Shown here one piece after another: positions 40,914-53,483 of a stretch of 64,000 nt of DNA. The notes beneath the pieces were generated by a model that ran no database searches, was not told the DNA's origin, and saw nothing but the letters and a program-made list of their open reading frames with translations. How positions within the stretch are numbered: the first letter of the stretch is position 1; every line of letters starts with the position of its first letter. Origin of the DNA: Octopus sinensis (lineage: Eukaryota); the NCBI RefSeq assembly GCF_006345805.1, contig NC_043005.1:106888001-106952000 (forward strand), written 5' to 3'. A program made the translations under genes and the position numbers.

Positions 40914-41563
40914 TGTGTGTGGTGTGTGTGTGTGTGGTGAATGTGTGTGTGTTTATGTATCTGTGTTTGTTCCCGCCAACATCGCTTGACAACCGATGCT
41001 GGTGTGTTTACCTCCCCGTAAATTAGCGGTCGGCAAAAGGGACCGATAGAATAAGTACTAGGCTTACAAAGAATAAGTCCTGGGGCCGATTTGCTCGACT
41101 AAAGGCGGTGCTCAAGCATGGCCACAGTCAAATGACTGAAACAAGTAAAAGAGTAAAAGAGTATATATACACACATAGATTTGAGTGTGTGTGTGTGTTT
41201 GTTCAGTTTAATTTCAAGATTTCTTGTCGATTGTGCGTGAGCTGATTCCTGAACTAAATCTAAGCTTCGGTCATTGGAACTTTTACAACATCAACAGGTA
41301 GTTCTGCATGTATGAGTGTATGTGTGCATTATTTGTATTCGCTGTATATGTAGTTTTCTACGTTTTGTTTTTGCGCACGCGCGCATATATAGGCGCAGGA
41401 GTGGCTGTGTGGTAAGTAGCTTGTTTACCAACCACATGGTTCCGGATTCAGTCCCACTGCGTGGTACCTTGGACAAGTGTCTTCTACTATAGCCTCGAGC
41501 CGACCAATGCCTTGTGAGTGGATTTGGTAGACGGAAACTGAAAGAAGCCTGTCGTATATATAT

Positions 41564-41597
<34 letters not shown>

Positions 41598-42245
41598 ATA
41601 TGTTGTGTGTGTGTGGTGTGTGTGTGTGAATGTGTGTGTGTTTATGTATCTGTGTTTGTTCCCGCCAACATCGCTTGACAACCGATGCTGGTGTGTTTAC
41701 CTCCCCGTAAATTAGCGGTTCGGCAAAAGGGACCGATAGAATAAGTACTAGGCTTACAAAGAATAAGTCCTGGGGCCGATTTGCTCGACTAAAGGCGGTG
41801 TGCTCAAGCATGGCCACAGTCAAATGACTGAAACAAGTAAAAGAGTAAAAGAGTATATATACACACATAGATTTGAGTGTGTGTGTGTGTTTGTTCAGTT
41901 TAATTTCAAGATTTCTTGTCGATTGTGCGTGAGCTGATTCCTGAACTAAATCTAAGCTTCGGTCATTGGAACTTTTACAACATCAACAGGGTAGTTCTGC
42001 ATGTATGAGTGTATGTGTGCATTATTTGTATTCGCTGTATATGTAGTTTTCTACGTTTTGTTTTTGCGCACGCGCATATATAGGCGCAGGAGTGGCTGTG
42101 TGGTAAGTAGCTTGTTTACCAACCACATGGTTCCGGATTCAGTCCCACTGCGTGCACCTTGGACAAGTGTCTTCTACTATAGCCTCGAGCCGACCAATGC
42201 CTTGTGAGTGGATTTGGTAGACGGAAACTGAAGAAGCCTGTCGTA

Positions 42246-42321
<76 letters not shown>

Positions 42322-42934
42322 AATGTGTGTGTGTTTATGTATCTGTGTTTGTTCCCGCCAACATCGCTTGACAACCGATGCTGGTGTGTTTACCTCCCCG
42401 TAAATTAGCGGTCGGCAAAAGGGACCGATAGAATAAGTACTAGGCTTACAAAGAATAAGTCCTGGGGCCGATTTGCTCGACTAAAGGCGGTGCTCAAGCA
42501 TGGCCACAGTCAAATGACTGAAACAAGTAAAAGAGTAAAAGAGTAATATACACACATAGATTTGAGTGTGTGTGTGTGTTTGTTCAGTTTAATTTCAAGA
42601 TTTCTTGTCGACTGTGCGTGAGCTGATTCCTGAACTAAATCTAAGCTTCGGTCATTGGAACTTTTACAACATCAACAGGTAGTTCTGCATGTATGAGTGT
42701 ATGGTGCATTATTTGTATTCGCTGTATATGTAGTTTTCTACGTTTTGTTTTTGCGCACGCGCATATATAGGCGCAGGAGTGGCTGTGTGGTAAGTAGCTT
42801 GTTTACCAACCACATGGTTCCGGATTCAGTCCCACTGCGTGGCACCTTGGACAAGTGTCTTCTACTATAGCCTCGAGCCGACCAATGCCTTGTGAGTGGA
42901 TTTGGTAGACGGAAACTGAAAGAAGCCTGTCGTA

Positions 42935-42969
<35 letters not shown>

Positions 42970-43183
42970 CGTGTGTGTGTTTGTGTGTCTGTGTTTGTCC
43001 CCCTAGCATTGCTTGACAACCGATGCTGGTGTGTTTATGTCCCGGTTACTTAGCGGTTCGGCAAAAGAGACCGATAGAATAAGTACTGGGCTTACAAAAG
43101 AATAAGTCCCGGGGTCAAGTTGCTCGATTAAAGGTGGTACCCCAGCATGGCCGCAGTCAAATGACTGAAACAAGTAAAAGAAT
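40026..43183 (+). repeat. Tandem array of ~690-bp units: five SINE family B copies separated by four copies of one spacer
   Basis: SINE heads at 40026, 40700, 41392, 42083 and 42770; near-identical spacers. Confidence 0.95.
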
Positions 43184-43199
43184 GTAAAAAAAGAAAAAA

Positions 43200-44150
43200 A
43201 AGTATACCCAAATGATAAACCTTTGTAAAGTTTTACAGACTTTGACAGTTCCATTGATGGCTTGAATCTCTATCTTCTAAACTTACTGGTCTTGAGAACC
43301 CTAATTTCTCAAAATTGGTGCTTAGGCAGTGTATTATGTACGACAGTGCCCCCATAGTTACTAGTAAAACCCCTGAACTGGTAATCTAGTTACAATAACT
43401 GTAAACTTCTCAGAAGTTCAGTGTAGGCGTTTTCCTTTTCTTTGAACTTTAGCTTTGTGTAGCCATCTGCAGGGAAACTGAATTTTACTACTGTACACAG
43501 TTTCTCTCCTTCGTCCCAAATCATTATTCTAGGTGTATTATGCTTACATTTTATTGAAGTCTTCACTGAGATATTCTATCAGTGCTCTTTCATATTATGA
43601 GTCAATGTAACTTCTACCATCTTATTTCTTTGGCCACAGGATTTCCCTCCCGATGCGTCGCATTATACAGTGTCACGGCTACAACATCTTGTCTCATCAG
43701 TAAATAACAATACGATGACATTTTTGGACAACTGTTTATGTTATGGGTGATACCTTTGGTATTAACTCCACAAAATTTGCATCGATTATCTTTTGCTGTC
43801 TTTTCCTGCCTCTCTGTTCCTTTTGTGCTTCAGGTATTTGATTGTTTTTTCCTGCCCGTGGATTGCAAACGCATACCTTTCTAAGTGAGAGTCAATAATA
43901 CGGTTATTGGCCCATGATAGACTGCTCTGGAACTTTCTGCTAAGATATCCATGTTTGATCCTTTGTTGATATACACTCATTCTTTCATCCGATGATAGTT
44001 ACATTAGGAAAGTACAACTTCGTTGGGCATATACCCATGGCTATCAGAGCAGGTATGTTCCTTCAGGAGCTGTTTTCTAAGTTTCATTATATTATCTGCC
44101 TCTTCTGCGCAAACTTGGTCAAGGGATGCAAATCGACACTTGGTGGTTAA
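43200..44150 (-). mobile_element. R4/Dong-like C-terminus: CCHC knuckle and RLE endonuclease, 3' end
   Basis: HGYLSRK; SHLERYAFAI; CKFCGVNTKGITHNINSCPKM; KCKHNTP..MIWD; KEKENAYTELLRSLQ; NGTVKVCKT. Confidence 0.85.
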
Positions 44151-45870
44151 AAGATGTTGCCGAAGAAATATGATATGACTTTCAAAGAACGTTTATATCT
44201 ACGGTAAGCCTCTGCTTCCCAGCTTTCGTTTTAGGGAGAGGCATTCTACATCACTTTTCATATGACAATTATTTGTGCTGGTTAGTATCTTCCGGGTTTC
44301 TACATCAGTGGTTCGGATGCCTTTCATCCTTATGGGATCGACGAATTAAGTACTAGTGAAGCACTGGGACCGGTGTAATCGACTTGTCCCCTCTCCCCAA
44401 ATTTCCGGCTTTTTGACTATAGCAGACAGGATTATCATGGTTATTATTATTTCCTACAAGTTCTTTATTAATCTGATTTCATTCACGTTTTATTTTATTT
44501 TCAATTTTATCTTGCGATATTTCTCTTTCTATTTCCTCACGTTTTTGTCAAAATAATAATCAGCAGCAGCAGCTACATACTCATCACCATCACCATCATC
44601 ATCGACATCTTCAACACTTCATCTACCACCACAACCACCGCCATCATAGACAACAACAATAACAACAACAACAAAAACATCAACTGCTGCTGCTGCTGTT
44701 GCAGACACAGCAGAAACAACAACAGCAGTGGTCTGGAGACGGGACATTTCTTCAGCGTTCCCATCCCTTCTTGTCATACAATAGATGTAGATAAGAATTG
44801 CTAATTTGAAAGGTCATTTGATAAGTAGGTAGAAAATAAGAAATGTTCAGTTTGACGGTAAATTTCGTATTGATTTGTTTAATGTGATGGAAGAATATAA
44901 ATGGTTGATTCATTTATTTCAATTGTTTTCTTTTATTTAATCATATATTTATTTTGGGGAATAACAACATTGTTGCTTTTTCTGTCGTCATCATTGCGAA
45001 AGATTGATATATGTTCATGGAATTCCAAGAAATACTTTCCACACTGATCGTCTGACAGTGTAGTTCTAATTTGCCAAGAAAGTATTGTGAAGATTTTAAT
45101 GCCAATACTCAGAACGGTAGTCTTATATCTAGAAATGGCTCCTGAATATAATTTCTTCGTCAAATTCTCTGTCCATACTAGCGCTAAGTTATATTGGATG
45201 TGATCGATGTTCAACATTTTGTGAGACGGAGAGGACATGCTTGTTTTCGTAATCTCAAAGGAATGATTGGGGACATACAGATAAATTTAAAGAATCCAGA
45301 AAGTTCTCCGGTTTGTAAAGGGTTTCATTGACATTTGTCAATGGGAACGTTTGCAAAATTCTTCAGTGTATTGAACTGCAGTCTAAAATTTCTGGGACGT
45401 ACCCATCATCATTATCATTATCACTTTCTCCTCCTGGAAAAAGACAGAGACAGACTGAGTGATGGAATGAGAGAGAGAAAATATGTATGTAGAAAGTTGA
45501 TATCGTACCAGGACAATTTTATTACCATATTCATATCACCTATATATATATGTGTGTGTGTGTGTATGTGTGATTGTGTGTGTGTTTTTGTTTGTGTATG
45601 AATATGATTATACATTCTTTGTCTCCCTCTCTCTATTGTTTGTGGAAAAATGTAAGTGCTGCGAATAAAGTCTCTATTTCCTCCTCGAATCCTTCTGTGA
45701 AATCTCTGGTGCCTTTACTTTATCCAAAGTAGACCATCTTCAGTTTTCTCAGTTCTTGGATTTAACTGAACAGGCATTTAAGTGTGGCTATTTATTCCGA
45801 TAGCCACAAAATATCAAGCGAATGAGACTGAGATATAGAAATATAATAATATTATTTTATGTATAATAAG

Positions 45871-46030
45871 GTGGCGAGCTGGCAGAATAGTTACCATACC
45901 GGACAAAATGTTTAATGGCATTTCTTCCGTCTTTACTTCTGAGGTCGACTTTACTTTTCATCCTTGCTCAAACTGGTACTTACTTCCTCGATCCTGTATC
46001 AATGAAAAGCAAAGCCGACCTCGGCAGAAT
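45871..46030 (+). mobile_element. Degraded SINE family A
   Basis: ggtggcgagctggcagaatagtta head with a deleted core. Confidence 0.75.
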
Positions 46031-46422
46031 CTACACTTAGAAGGTAAAAATGGGCAAACTGTCGTATGTATGGGAAGTGTAAAGTAACCAAATATCTTTC
46101 CCCCTGAAATATATCTATTTGGGTACGCTTTCATACATAATATATACATACAAGCGCTTGACTTTTTCAGCAGTAGGCAACCAAAAGGAACACTACTTGA
46201 AAATCATTCATTTATATATCCTGGAAACAGAATATGCTAAAAGTCACCAAAATGCCACGGATCAATGTTACAGAGCGGAGCTCTGAAGAAAAGTTCTCGA
46301 ATTTCTGAATTTAACATTAAAATTAACAGAATTACAAGAATACTTTCATCGTAAATTTAAAACGTGCTCAATGAATTTGAATCTAATATCAAAAGTACGT
46401 GAAATCTGGAACTATAATATAA

Positions 46423-47684
46423 CTAGCTTTAGCTGACCCGCTCTACGCGCGGGTAAGAGTGTGGTTGTTACTTTCTGTTGCTTCTTTTATGCTTTTTATC
46501 ACTACATTCTCCCTCTTTGTTTCTCTCTCCTTTCTCTCTCACTTTCCCACTCTCTTACTCTACATTTCTCTCGGACTTCCCCTCACTTTTTCTTACTCTA
46601 CCTTTCTCTCGGACTCTCCCTCGCTTTTTCTTACTCTCTATCTTTCTCTATCTTTCTCTCTCCCATTTATAAACAACAAAAGATCTTGAGTAAGTTGAGA
46701 AAGAAAATATTTTGAAAGATCAATCATAAATATCAGGCAGTGACAACGGAAAGGTCTGCTTCAAGGCAGACAGCAAAACACTAACATTTAAAAGGGACAG
46801 ACGAACATGCGAGCTGAATAAAAATAAAAAAATATTGGAAACCCCCTTCTAGCTCCATTTAGACCTCTTTTCACATTTTGGTTAATATAACCTGATTTTA
46901 TTCGGGTCTACTCGGGTCACATTTTATAAGATGAGGAATTTTGTCCTAGAGGTCACTCCTTTCATTTGAGGAAAAAAATAGTCGTCACGCAAACTCGCCA
47001 GCACTTTTAACATAGGTGTGCATATTTTCAGCTCAACCGACCACATAATGCACACACTATATATATATATGCATTAAATATATATATGTACATATATACG
47101 CATTATATATACAAATGTATACAAATAATGTGTATATATATATATATATATATATAAATACAGATATAAACACTTTGTATATATACATTATATATACGTA
47201 TTTATATATAGAACACACACACAAACACACACGCACATATATAAATTTACCCAATAAATATCTGATTCATAATATTTGTTCTCATGATTGTGTTGTGGTT
47301 GTGGCGATGATAATTCTCTCTATGAATGCGGACAGACGTAGAGAGAGAGAGAGAGATTGACCGCCCTGGAGAAAGCGACGGGGGAAAGATAGTAGACGCT
47401 GTCAAGCGACGTAGAGAGAGAACGTGGGGGGAGGGAGGAAACAGAGAGAGATAGAGGAAGACCGGCAGATAAGAGAATGGGAGCAGACAGGTCAAAGTGT
47501 GCCTTTTTTGCCCTTGTAACCACACCTTTTAAGATAGGGATTTCTAAGCTAGCCCACTTATATCCTCACCTCATTTTACATGTCCCTGTAAGTTTTGGAG
47601 TCAATCCGACGGGATCTAGTGGTCTTTAACCCGTTCCAATGCCAAAACCAGACAAACAAACTTTTCGCAATTCAGATTTATAGA
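46423..47684 (-). mobile_element. Non-autonomous Helitron (family HelD, ~1.26 kb)
   Basis: CTAG at 46423-46426 next to hairpin acccgc-tctacgc-gcgggt; A|TC start at 47684 followed by a tgtttgtctg-type 5' motif. Confidence 0.7.
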
Positions 47685-48780
47685 TATTGATATAATATAA
47701 TATAATATAATATAACATATCATAACATAATATAATACAATTCAACTATAAGACCATCTAAATGGAATAAGACAAAAATGCCAACTAGGTATATTAGACT
47801 ACACGTATTTTTTACCCTTACAAGTTCTGTGATTCTGACTGAGGCTATGCTAAATAGTTAAGAAGTTCAGTTCACAACCGTGAGTTGCTGTTTCAATTCC
47901 ATTGCACGGCATCTCAAGAAAGTCCAATTTGCCAAATCATTCGGTCATCTAAGCCTTGCAGATGAAACTAGGTAGACAGAAGCCGTGTGGGAACCTGTGA
48001 GATGGTTTTCACTTGTAATTCAATGGTTCAAATTTCGTCAAGCGGAGTCACACTACTTCTGCTCCAAGGGATAAATGTCTGTGGGACGCCCGGCCAACTG
48101 TTTGGATTTCAAGAAGCAAGTAGTTCAGGACTTCGAACAACTAAACAATCATCGCCGACACCAATGAAGATCCATTTACTTGTCTGTATTTGTGTCTGTG
48201 AGTCTCTGGGGGATTCCGCAGGGCTTTGTGAATATCTGGCGTACATTTTGAATTCGAATTTGTGTTGCTATGTGATGCGCGCACACACGCACTCACGTAC
48301 ACACACACGCGCTCGCACACACACACGCGCTCGCACACACACACATACACATACAGACACACAGAGACACACATGCAGACACACACAGACACACGCGCAC
48401 GCGCGCAAACACATATTTACATAAATATATGTGTGTATGGATATAAGCTACTATGTGTGTGCATGTATAAACATAATTTACAAATGCCAAAATATATGTG
48501 CAATTCTTATGTATGTATATACTACATATATGTGTGTGTGTGTGTGTGACTATCTGGGCGTATGTGTTAAAGAATAAACACGTACCTCCGCATATTTCTA
48601 TTTATATAATTTTTTTTTCTTTCGGTATTTTCGTCATCTGGAAATTATATCTTTCAATTAATTTCTCATATTTTTAGGTGTAGTTTTCTAAAATTATAAT
48701 ATACTTTCGACAAAGATAAATAAAGATGTTTATTTTTCTTCAGAGTTTTTTTCTTTATTGTATTTTAAATATCCTCATTC

Positions 48781-49206
48781 AGTTCTTCTTCTTCTTCTTC
48801 TTCTTCTTCTTCTTCTTCTTCTTCTTCTTCTTCTTCTTCTTCTTCTTCTTCTTCTTCTTCTTCTTCTTCTTCTTCTTCTTCTCTTCTTCTTCTCTTCTTC
48901 TTCTCTTCTTCTTCTCTTCTTCTTCTTCTTCTTCTTCTTCTTCTCTCTTCTTCTTCTTCTTCTTCTTCTTCTTCTTCTTCTTCTTTTCTTCTTCTTCTTC
49001 TTCGTCTTCTTCTTCTCCTTCTTCTTCTTCTCTTCTTCTTCTTCTTCTTCTTCTTCTTCTTCTTCATCATCTTCTTCTTCTTCTTCTTCTTCTTCTTCCT
49101 GTTCTTCCTGTTCTTCTTCTTCTTTTCTTCTTCTTCGTCTTCTTCTTCTTCTTCTTCGTCTTCTTCTTCGTCATCATCATCATCATCGTAATCATCGTCA
49201 TCATCG

Positions 49207-49249
<43 letters not shown>

Positions 49250-49282
49250 ATCGTCATCATCGTCATCATCGTCATCATCATC

Positions 49283-49321
<39 letters not shown>

Positions 49322-49322
49322 T
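48781..49322. repeat. Long (TTC)n followed by (ATC)n microsatellite
   Basis: About 390 bp of mostly pure pyrimidine TTC, then ATC. Confidence 0.97.
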
Positions 49323-49649
49323 AATGGCGATGGATTGGTAATCATAACAACGTCCGTAAAAATGTTTTGCGTTATTTCTTCCGGTTAGTTGTTGTGACTT
49401 CAAAAGTGTTCAGACAGTCTTTCATCCCTTCGGGGGTCGATGAAATAGCGTAGAGTCAGGTACTGGTGTTCATGTAACCGACTAACGTCCTGCCCTCAAG
49501 TTTCCTGGCCTAGTGCCCAAATTTGGAATTATTCCTATAAATATTGTTCTTATTCTTGGACGCGTACTATGCTTGTTTTTTATGATTACCGATGATATAT
49601 TGAGCAGAAAGGAAAGTAGAATCTGAGAACTAAAGTTCTGTTAAATTTG

Positions 49650-49860
49650 TAACATTTCAGTGTTGAAAGCGTTTGAAGAGAATGGGGTGGATATGTACAG
49701 TACCCATGGGGACAATTTTTTGTAGTGCTGCCTTGGCTTCTGATATTTCGCCATAGAGTTTAAGTGTGCCTTTTAGTATTGTCCCCAAAGCTCCGATGAT
49801 TACAGGCACAGCTATTTTTCTTAGATGCCATATTTTTGAAACCAATTTCAAGGTCATATT
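49650..49860 (-). mobile_element. R4/Dong-like RLE C-terminal fragment
   Basis: KIWHLRKIAVPVIIGALGTILKG...LQKIVPMGTVHI. Confidence 0.8.
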
Positions 49861-50055
49861 TACTTAACTTTTCAAGTGTTTTACATAATTGCCACAGTCT
49901 GCTAGCGTATTATTATTATTACTAGTGGGACCCGTGGAAATTCCATAGAACGAAAAAGATTAAGAGAAGCTATTTAACAGAGAAAGGATGATTTGCAATT
50001 TTATTTTCATTTTGTAAAGTTATTTTCCTTCCAGTTACTATAATATATTATATGA

Positions 50056-50400
50056 CTAGCACTATGACCCGGCAACGCCGGGTCATAGTGTTAGTGCATG
50101 GATATACAGCTGCGTGCCTGCGCACATACACGCGAGTAATGTCCAAATCTCCGACCAATCACATACAGCTAGCTGGCATTCAATTGGCGTATCAAGTTTC
50201 GGGCATTTTGATTGGGTTTTGGATAGAAAATTCACAAAAAAGTCACTTCTATTGATTTTTTAATGGTTTTTGCGGGGTAACTGGGGAAAAGGACGGTTTT
50301 AAATGACCATAGAAAGTGCGAGCCCTCTAACTGAAAAATTGTAGATTTGTATAAAGGACACTCACACAGACAGTCATTTTGCCGTTTATATATAGAGAGA
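50056..50400 (-). mobile_element. Non-autonomous Helitron family HelC
   Basis: TC start at 50400; 13-bp perfect hairpin actatgacccggc-aac-gccgggtcatagt; CTAG at 50056-50059; homolog at 56829-57194. Confidence 0.85.
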
Positions 50401-50702
50401 TTTTAAAATTTCCATTTGTTTATTAATATCAAACATTATACTGTAGGTGGATGGGGTAATCCCATGAGAGCATTCTAAATATAAGATACAGGTACGTTAG
50501 AATCTCGCATTTGTTATTTCTTATATTTCTTTCTTTTCTCTGCCTCTTCAACAAATTTTTTAATCATGTAATTCTTCTCTTCATGTCATTGACACTTCTC
50601 TCATTCTCACTTCCACTCACTTTTACTAACCACACAACTCACAGCATAATGTATCGGCTGGCAATTTGCTCTCTTACTCCCTCTTATATACCTTCTCCAA
50701 GG

Positions 50703-50930
50703 GCAGTGAGCTGGCAGAATCGTTAGCACGCCGGGCGAAATGCCTAGCGGTATTTCGGCTGCCGTTACGTTCTGAGTTCAAATTCCGCCGAGGTTGACTT
50801 TGCCTTTCATCCTTACGGGGGTCGATAAATTAAGTATCAACACTGGGGTCGATATAACTGATTTAAGCCCTTTGTCTGTCCTTGTTTGTCCCCTCTGTGT
50901 TTAGCCCCCTGTGGGCAATAAAGAAATATA
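50703..50930 (+). mobile_element. SINE family A
   Basis: Full copy from head to tail. Confidence 0.9.
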
Positions 50931-51235
50931 TATACCTTCTCCTACTCTCTCACTCCACCTTCTTCTTTATAACAAGCTAACGCTTAAAGTTTAAACAAAC
51001 AGATAGAAGAATAATATTATAAATTTAGTTCAACAAACGTTTTCCCTATCATCACACCATCATCATCACTATAGTTTTCTATACAAAGCTCATTTCATTT
51101 CAATACAGCTGTTTGTTTACATCTATTTCTTCCTGTCGGTGTATCTCTACTGTGACAGTACAAACCCTATCTGTCTCTCTCTCTTTCTCTCTCCCTTTCT
51201 CTCCTTCTACCTCTTTCTCTCTCCACCTCTCTCTT

Positions 51236-51270
<35 letters not shown>

Positions 51271-51278
51271 CTCTCTAA

Positions 51279-51362
51279 TTGGTAGTTGAGTACTGATACA
51301 TTCAAGTGCGATAGTTACTATTAGTATCACGTCATCTCTCCTCATTGACCACAATCTTCGTA
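51279..51362 (-). mobile_element. R4/Dong-like RLE micro-fragment (second copy at 51899-51982)
   Basis: The two ~84-bp copies translate as MWSMRRDDVILIVTIALECIS and RLWSMMRIDVIPIVIGALRSIS. Confidence 0.65.
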
Positions 51363-51494
51363 GAGAATGTCTGAGACAAAAGTAAATTAGAATTTTATTT
51401 TAAAAGTATTTTGTTAAGATGTCAATTTGTTCAGATGACAGTAAAAAGTATTACTGTTATGTATATTTAAAAGTTTTTGACACTTTTTTACGAT

Positions 51495-51897
51495 TTTACT
51501 CTTTTGTTTCAGTTATTTGACTGCGGCCATGCTGGAGCACCGCCTTTAGTCGAGCAAATCGACCCCAGGACTTATTCTTTGTTAGCCTAGTACTTATTCT
51601 ATCGGTCTCTTTTGCCGAAGTGCTAAGTAAACACACCAGCATCGGTTGTCAAGCGATGTTGGGGACACACAAACATACACACACATATATATATATATAA
51701 ATACATATATATGTATATATATATATATATATATACATATATACGACAGGCTTCTTTCTGATTCCGTCTACCAAATCCACTCACAAGGCTTTGGTCGGCC
51801 CGAGGCTATAGCAGAAGACACTTGCCTAAGTTGGCACGCAGTGGGACTAAACCCGGAACCATGTGGTTGGTAAGCAAGCTACTTACCCCACAGCCAT
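51495..51897 (-). mobile_element. SINE family B, near full length
   Basis: Reverse match from the ggctgtggggtaagtagcttgc head to the tail. Confidence 0.9.
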
Positions 51898-52099
51898 GTT
51901 GGTAGCCGAGTGCTGATACTTCTAAGTGCACCAATTACTATTGGTATCACGTCTATTCTCATCATTGACCACAACCTTCGTATTTCTCATCATCATCATC
52001 AGCAGCAGCAGCAGCAACAGCATCACCACCACCACCACCACCACCACCACCACCACCACCACCATCATCATCATCATTATAACACTGTGACATATAACT

Positions 52100-52395
52100 T
52101 TAGTTAGCAGGGATGTCTTGAGGCTATTGGACGAATATTTCTTAGAATGTTCGCAATAACCAGTATAGCTCTTTTCTGCAAGTGGACAGCGTTTGTCGCT
52201 ACTCCAATATCCCTCAAATTCTTACATATTTGTTTCGATGTTGTGTAAAGTACATCCGTTGACTCAGCGACAATTGTCCCTTTTGCCTCCGTCTAGGACC
52301 TTATGTTTCTCAAATTTTCCATTCCGTTTGTATCCTCATAATTTTCATATGGTATTTGCAAAGTCTATGATTTTACGCTGTTTATTGCTGATTTA
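52100..52395 (-). mobile_element. R4/Dong-like C-terminal fragment and 3' end with an (ATG)n/(GTG)n tail
   Basis: ...LRDIGVATNAVHLQKRAILVIANILRNI. Confidence 0.65.
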
Positions 52396-52656
52396 CAATC
52401 AAATCTGAAATCGATGAAATCGATATTTTCCTCCTTTCAAAATTACAATCAGCACAGCCATTTAAAATTATTTTAAGAATCATGACATCCCTACTGAGCT
52501 TTATCCATCTTATATCAATAAGTGCGTTATCATTTTCTGGAAATTAAAACTCATATAACTATAACCCTGTACATCATATTCCGAGTTAGGATGTTTCTCT
52601 ATTTTTCTTATTTGTATTTACGCCTTTTGAAATTCATAGAATATATATATATATAT

Positions 52657-52907
52657 ATACAAATAAATGAAAGAATGGAGTTGAACGACGAATTAACATT
52701 ATCGCTATGGGCTCCGTGTGGGTAGTCATCAAAAAGTTTTTGTGCATCTTGATGCTGACATAAGTTCCTTGTTTTTCCTGATGAGAAGGCGGCATAATGC
52801 ACCCCTTATTCCTTCGAAATTCGGAATATGCAGCCTTTGAAACATATGTCAAAAATAAAGAATTTTGTTAATTTGTCGTTCAACTCCATTCTTTCATTTA
52901 TTTGTAT
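52657..52907 (+). mobile_element. 251-bp fold-back element with 42-bp inverted repeats enclosing a hammerhead ribozyme
   Basis: 52657-52698 versus reverse complement of 52866-52907: 41/42 identical. Confidence 0.85.
52762..52865 (+). ncRNA. Type I hammerhead ribozyme (Penelope/retrozyme-like, palindromic helix III)
   Basis: Stem I 52762-52776 / 52851-52865 (14/15 paired incl. 2 GU, one unpaired C at 52777); CTGATGA 52778-52784; stem II gaaggc/gccttt plus gcata/tatgc; GAAA 52839-52842; perfect palindrome ACATATGT; GUC cleavage triplet, cut after 52850. Confidence 0.8.
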
Positions 52908-53438
52908 TTAAAAAAACACACAAATTTCCACACGATAGCACGATAGCACGTGATCTCTGCCCTAGGCATGTAGGTTCAACCGTGTTTTTATATTTGCCCG
53001 TCATCTTTTTATATAATGTTCAAGAAATGTCTGCCTAATATATTTATTTCTGAAAAACAAGATACTCTAGAGCTGAGGCGGGGCAGCATAATTTGGTTCT
53101 TCATTTTGAAACACCTCTAAGAATTAATTGTAATCTAATATGACCACAATAAAGAAACTTTTTTATTAAATATACGAGGAAAATGTAATTATATATTTAT
53201 TGTGAAAATGTAGCTATAAATATTAAAGTAGGAAATTAAAATGCAAATTTGTGGTTGATTGTGCCAATAATTTCTGAGATTGTCTTTACTATATATACAC
53301 AGATGCGTGTGCATGTTTATCAGAGAATGAGTGTATTATGCAAATGTATAGATATATTTTGCTTGTGTGTGTGTATGTACGTATGTATCTATCTATCAAT
53401 GTATCTATTTCTTTCTCTCTCTATATATATATGTATAT

Positions 53439-53472
<34 letters not shown>

Positions 53473-53483
53473 ATATATATATA

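Noticed and set aside
40026-43183. Regular repeat-spacer pattern superficially like CRISPR or a tRNA/snRNA gene cluster
   Set aside because: The spacers are identical, the units are ~690 bp, and the heads are SINE-derived; this is a eukaryotic tandem duplication.
44933-45238. 101-aa non-repetitive ORF; another frame has RSVWKVFLGIP (TBC-domain-like)
   Set aside because: No convincing splice sites, no recognisable domain, and the TBC-like frame is full of stops.
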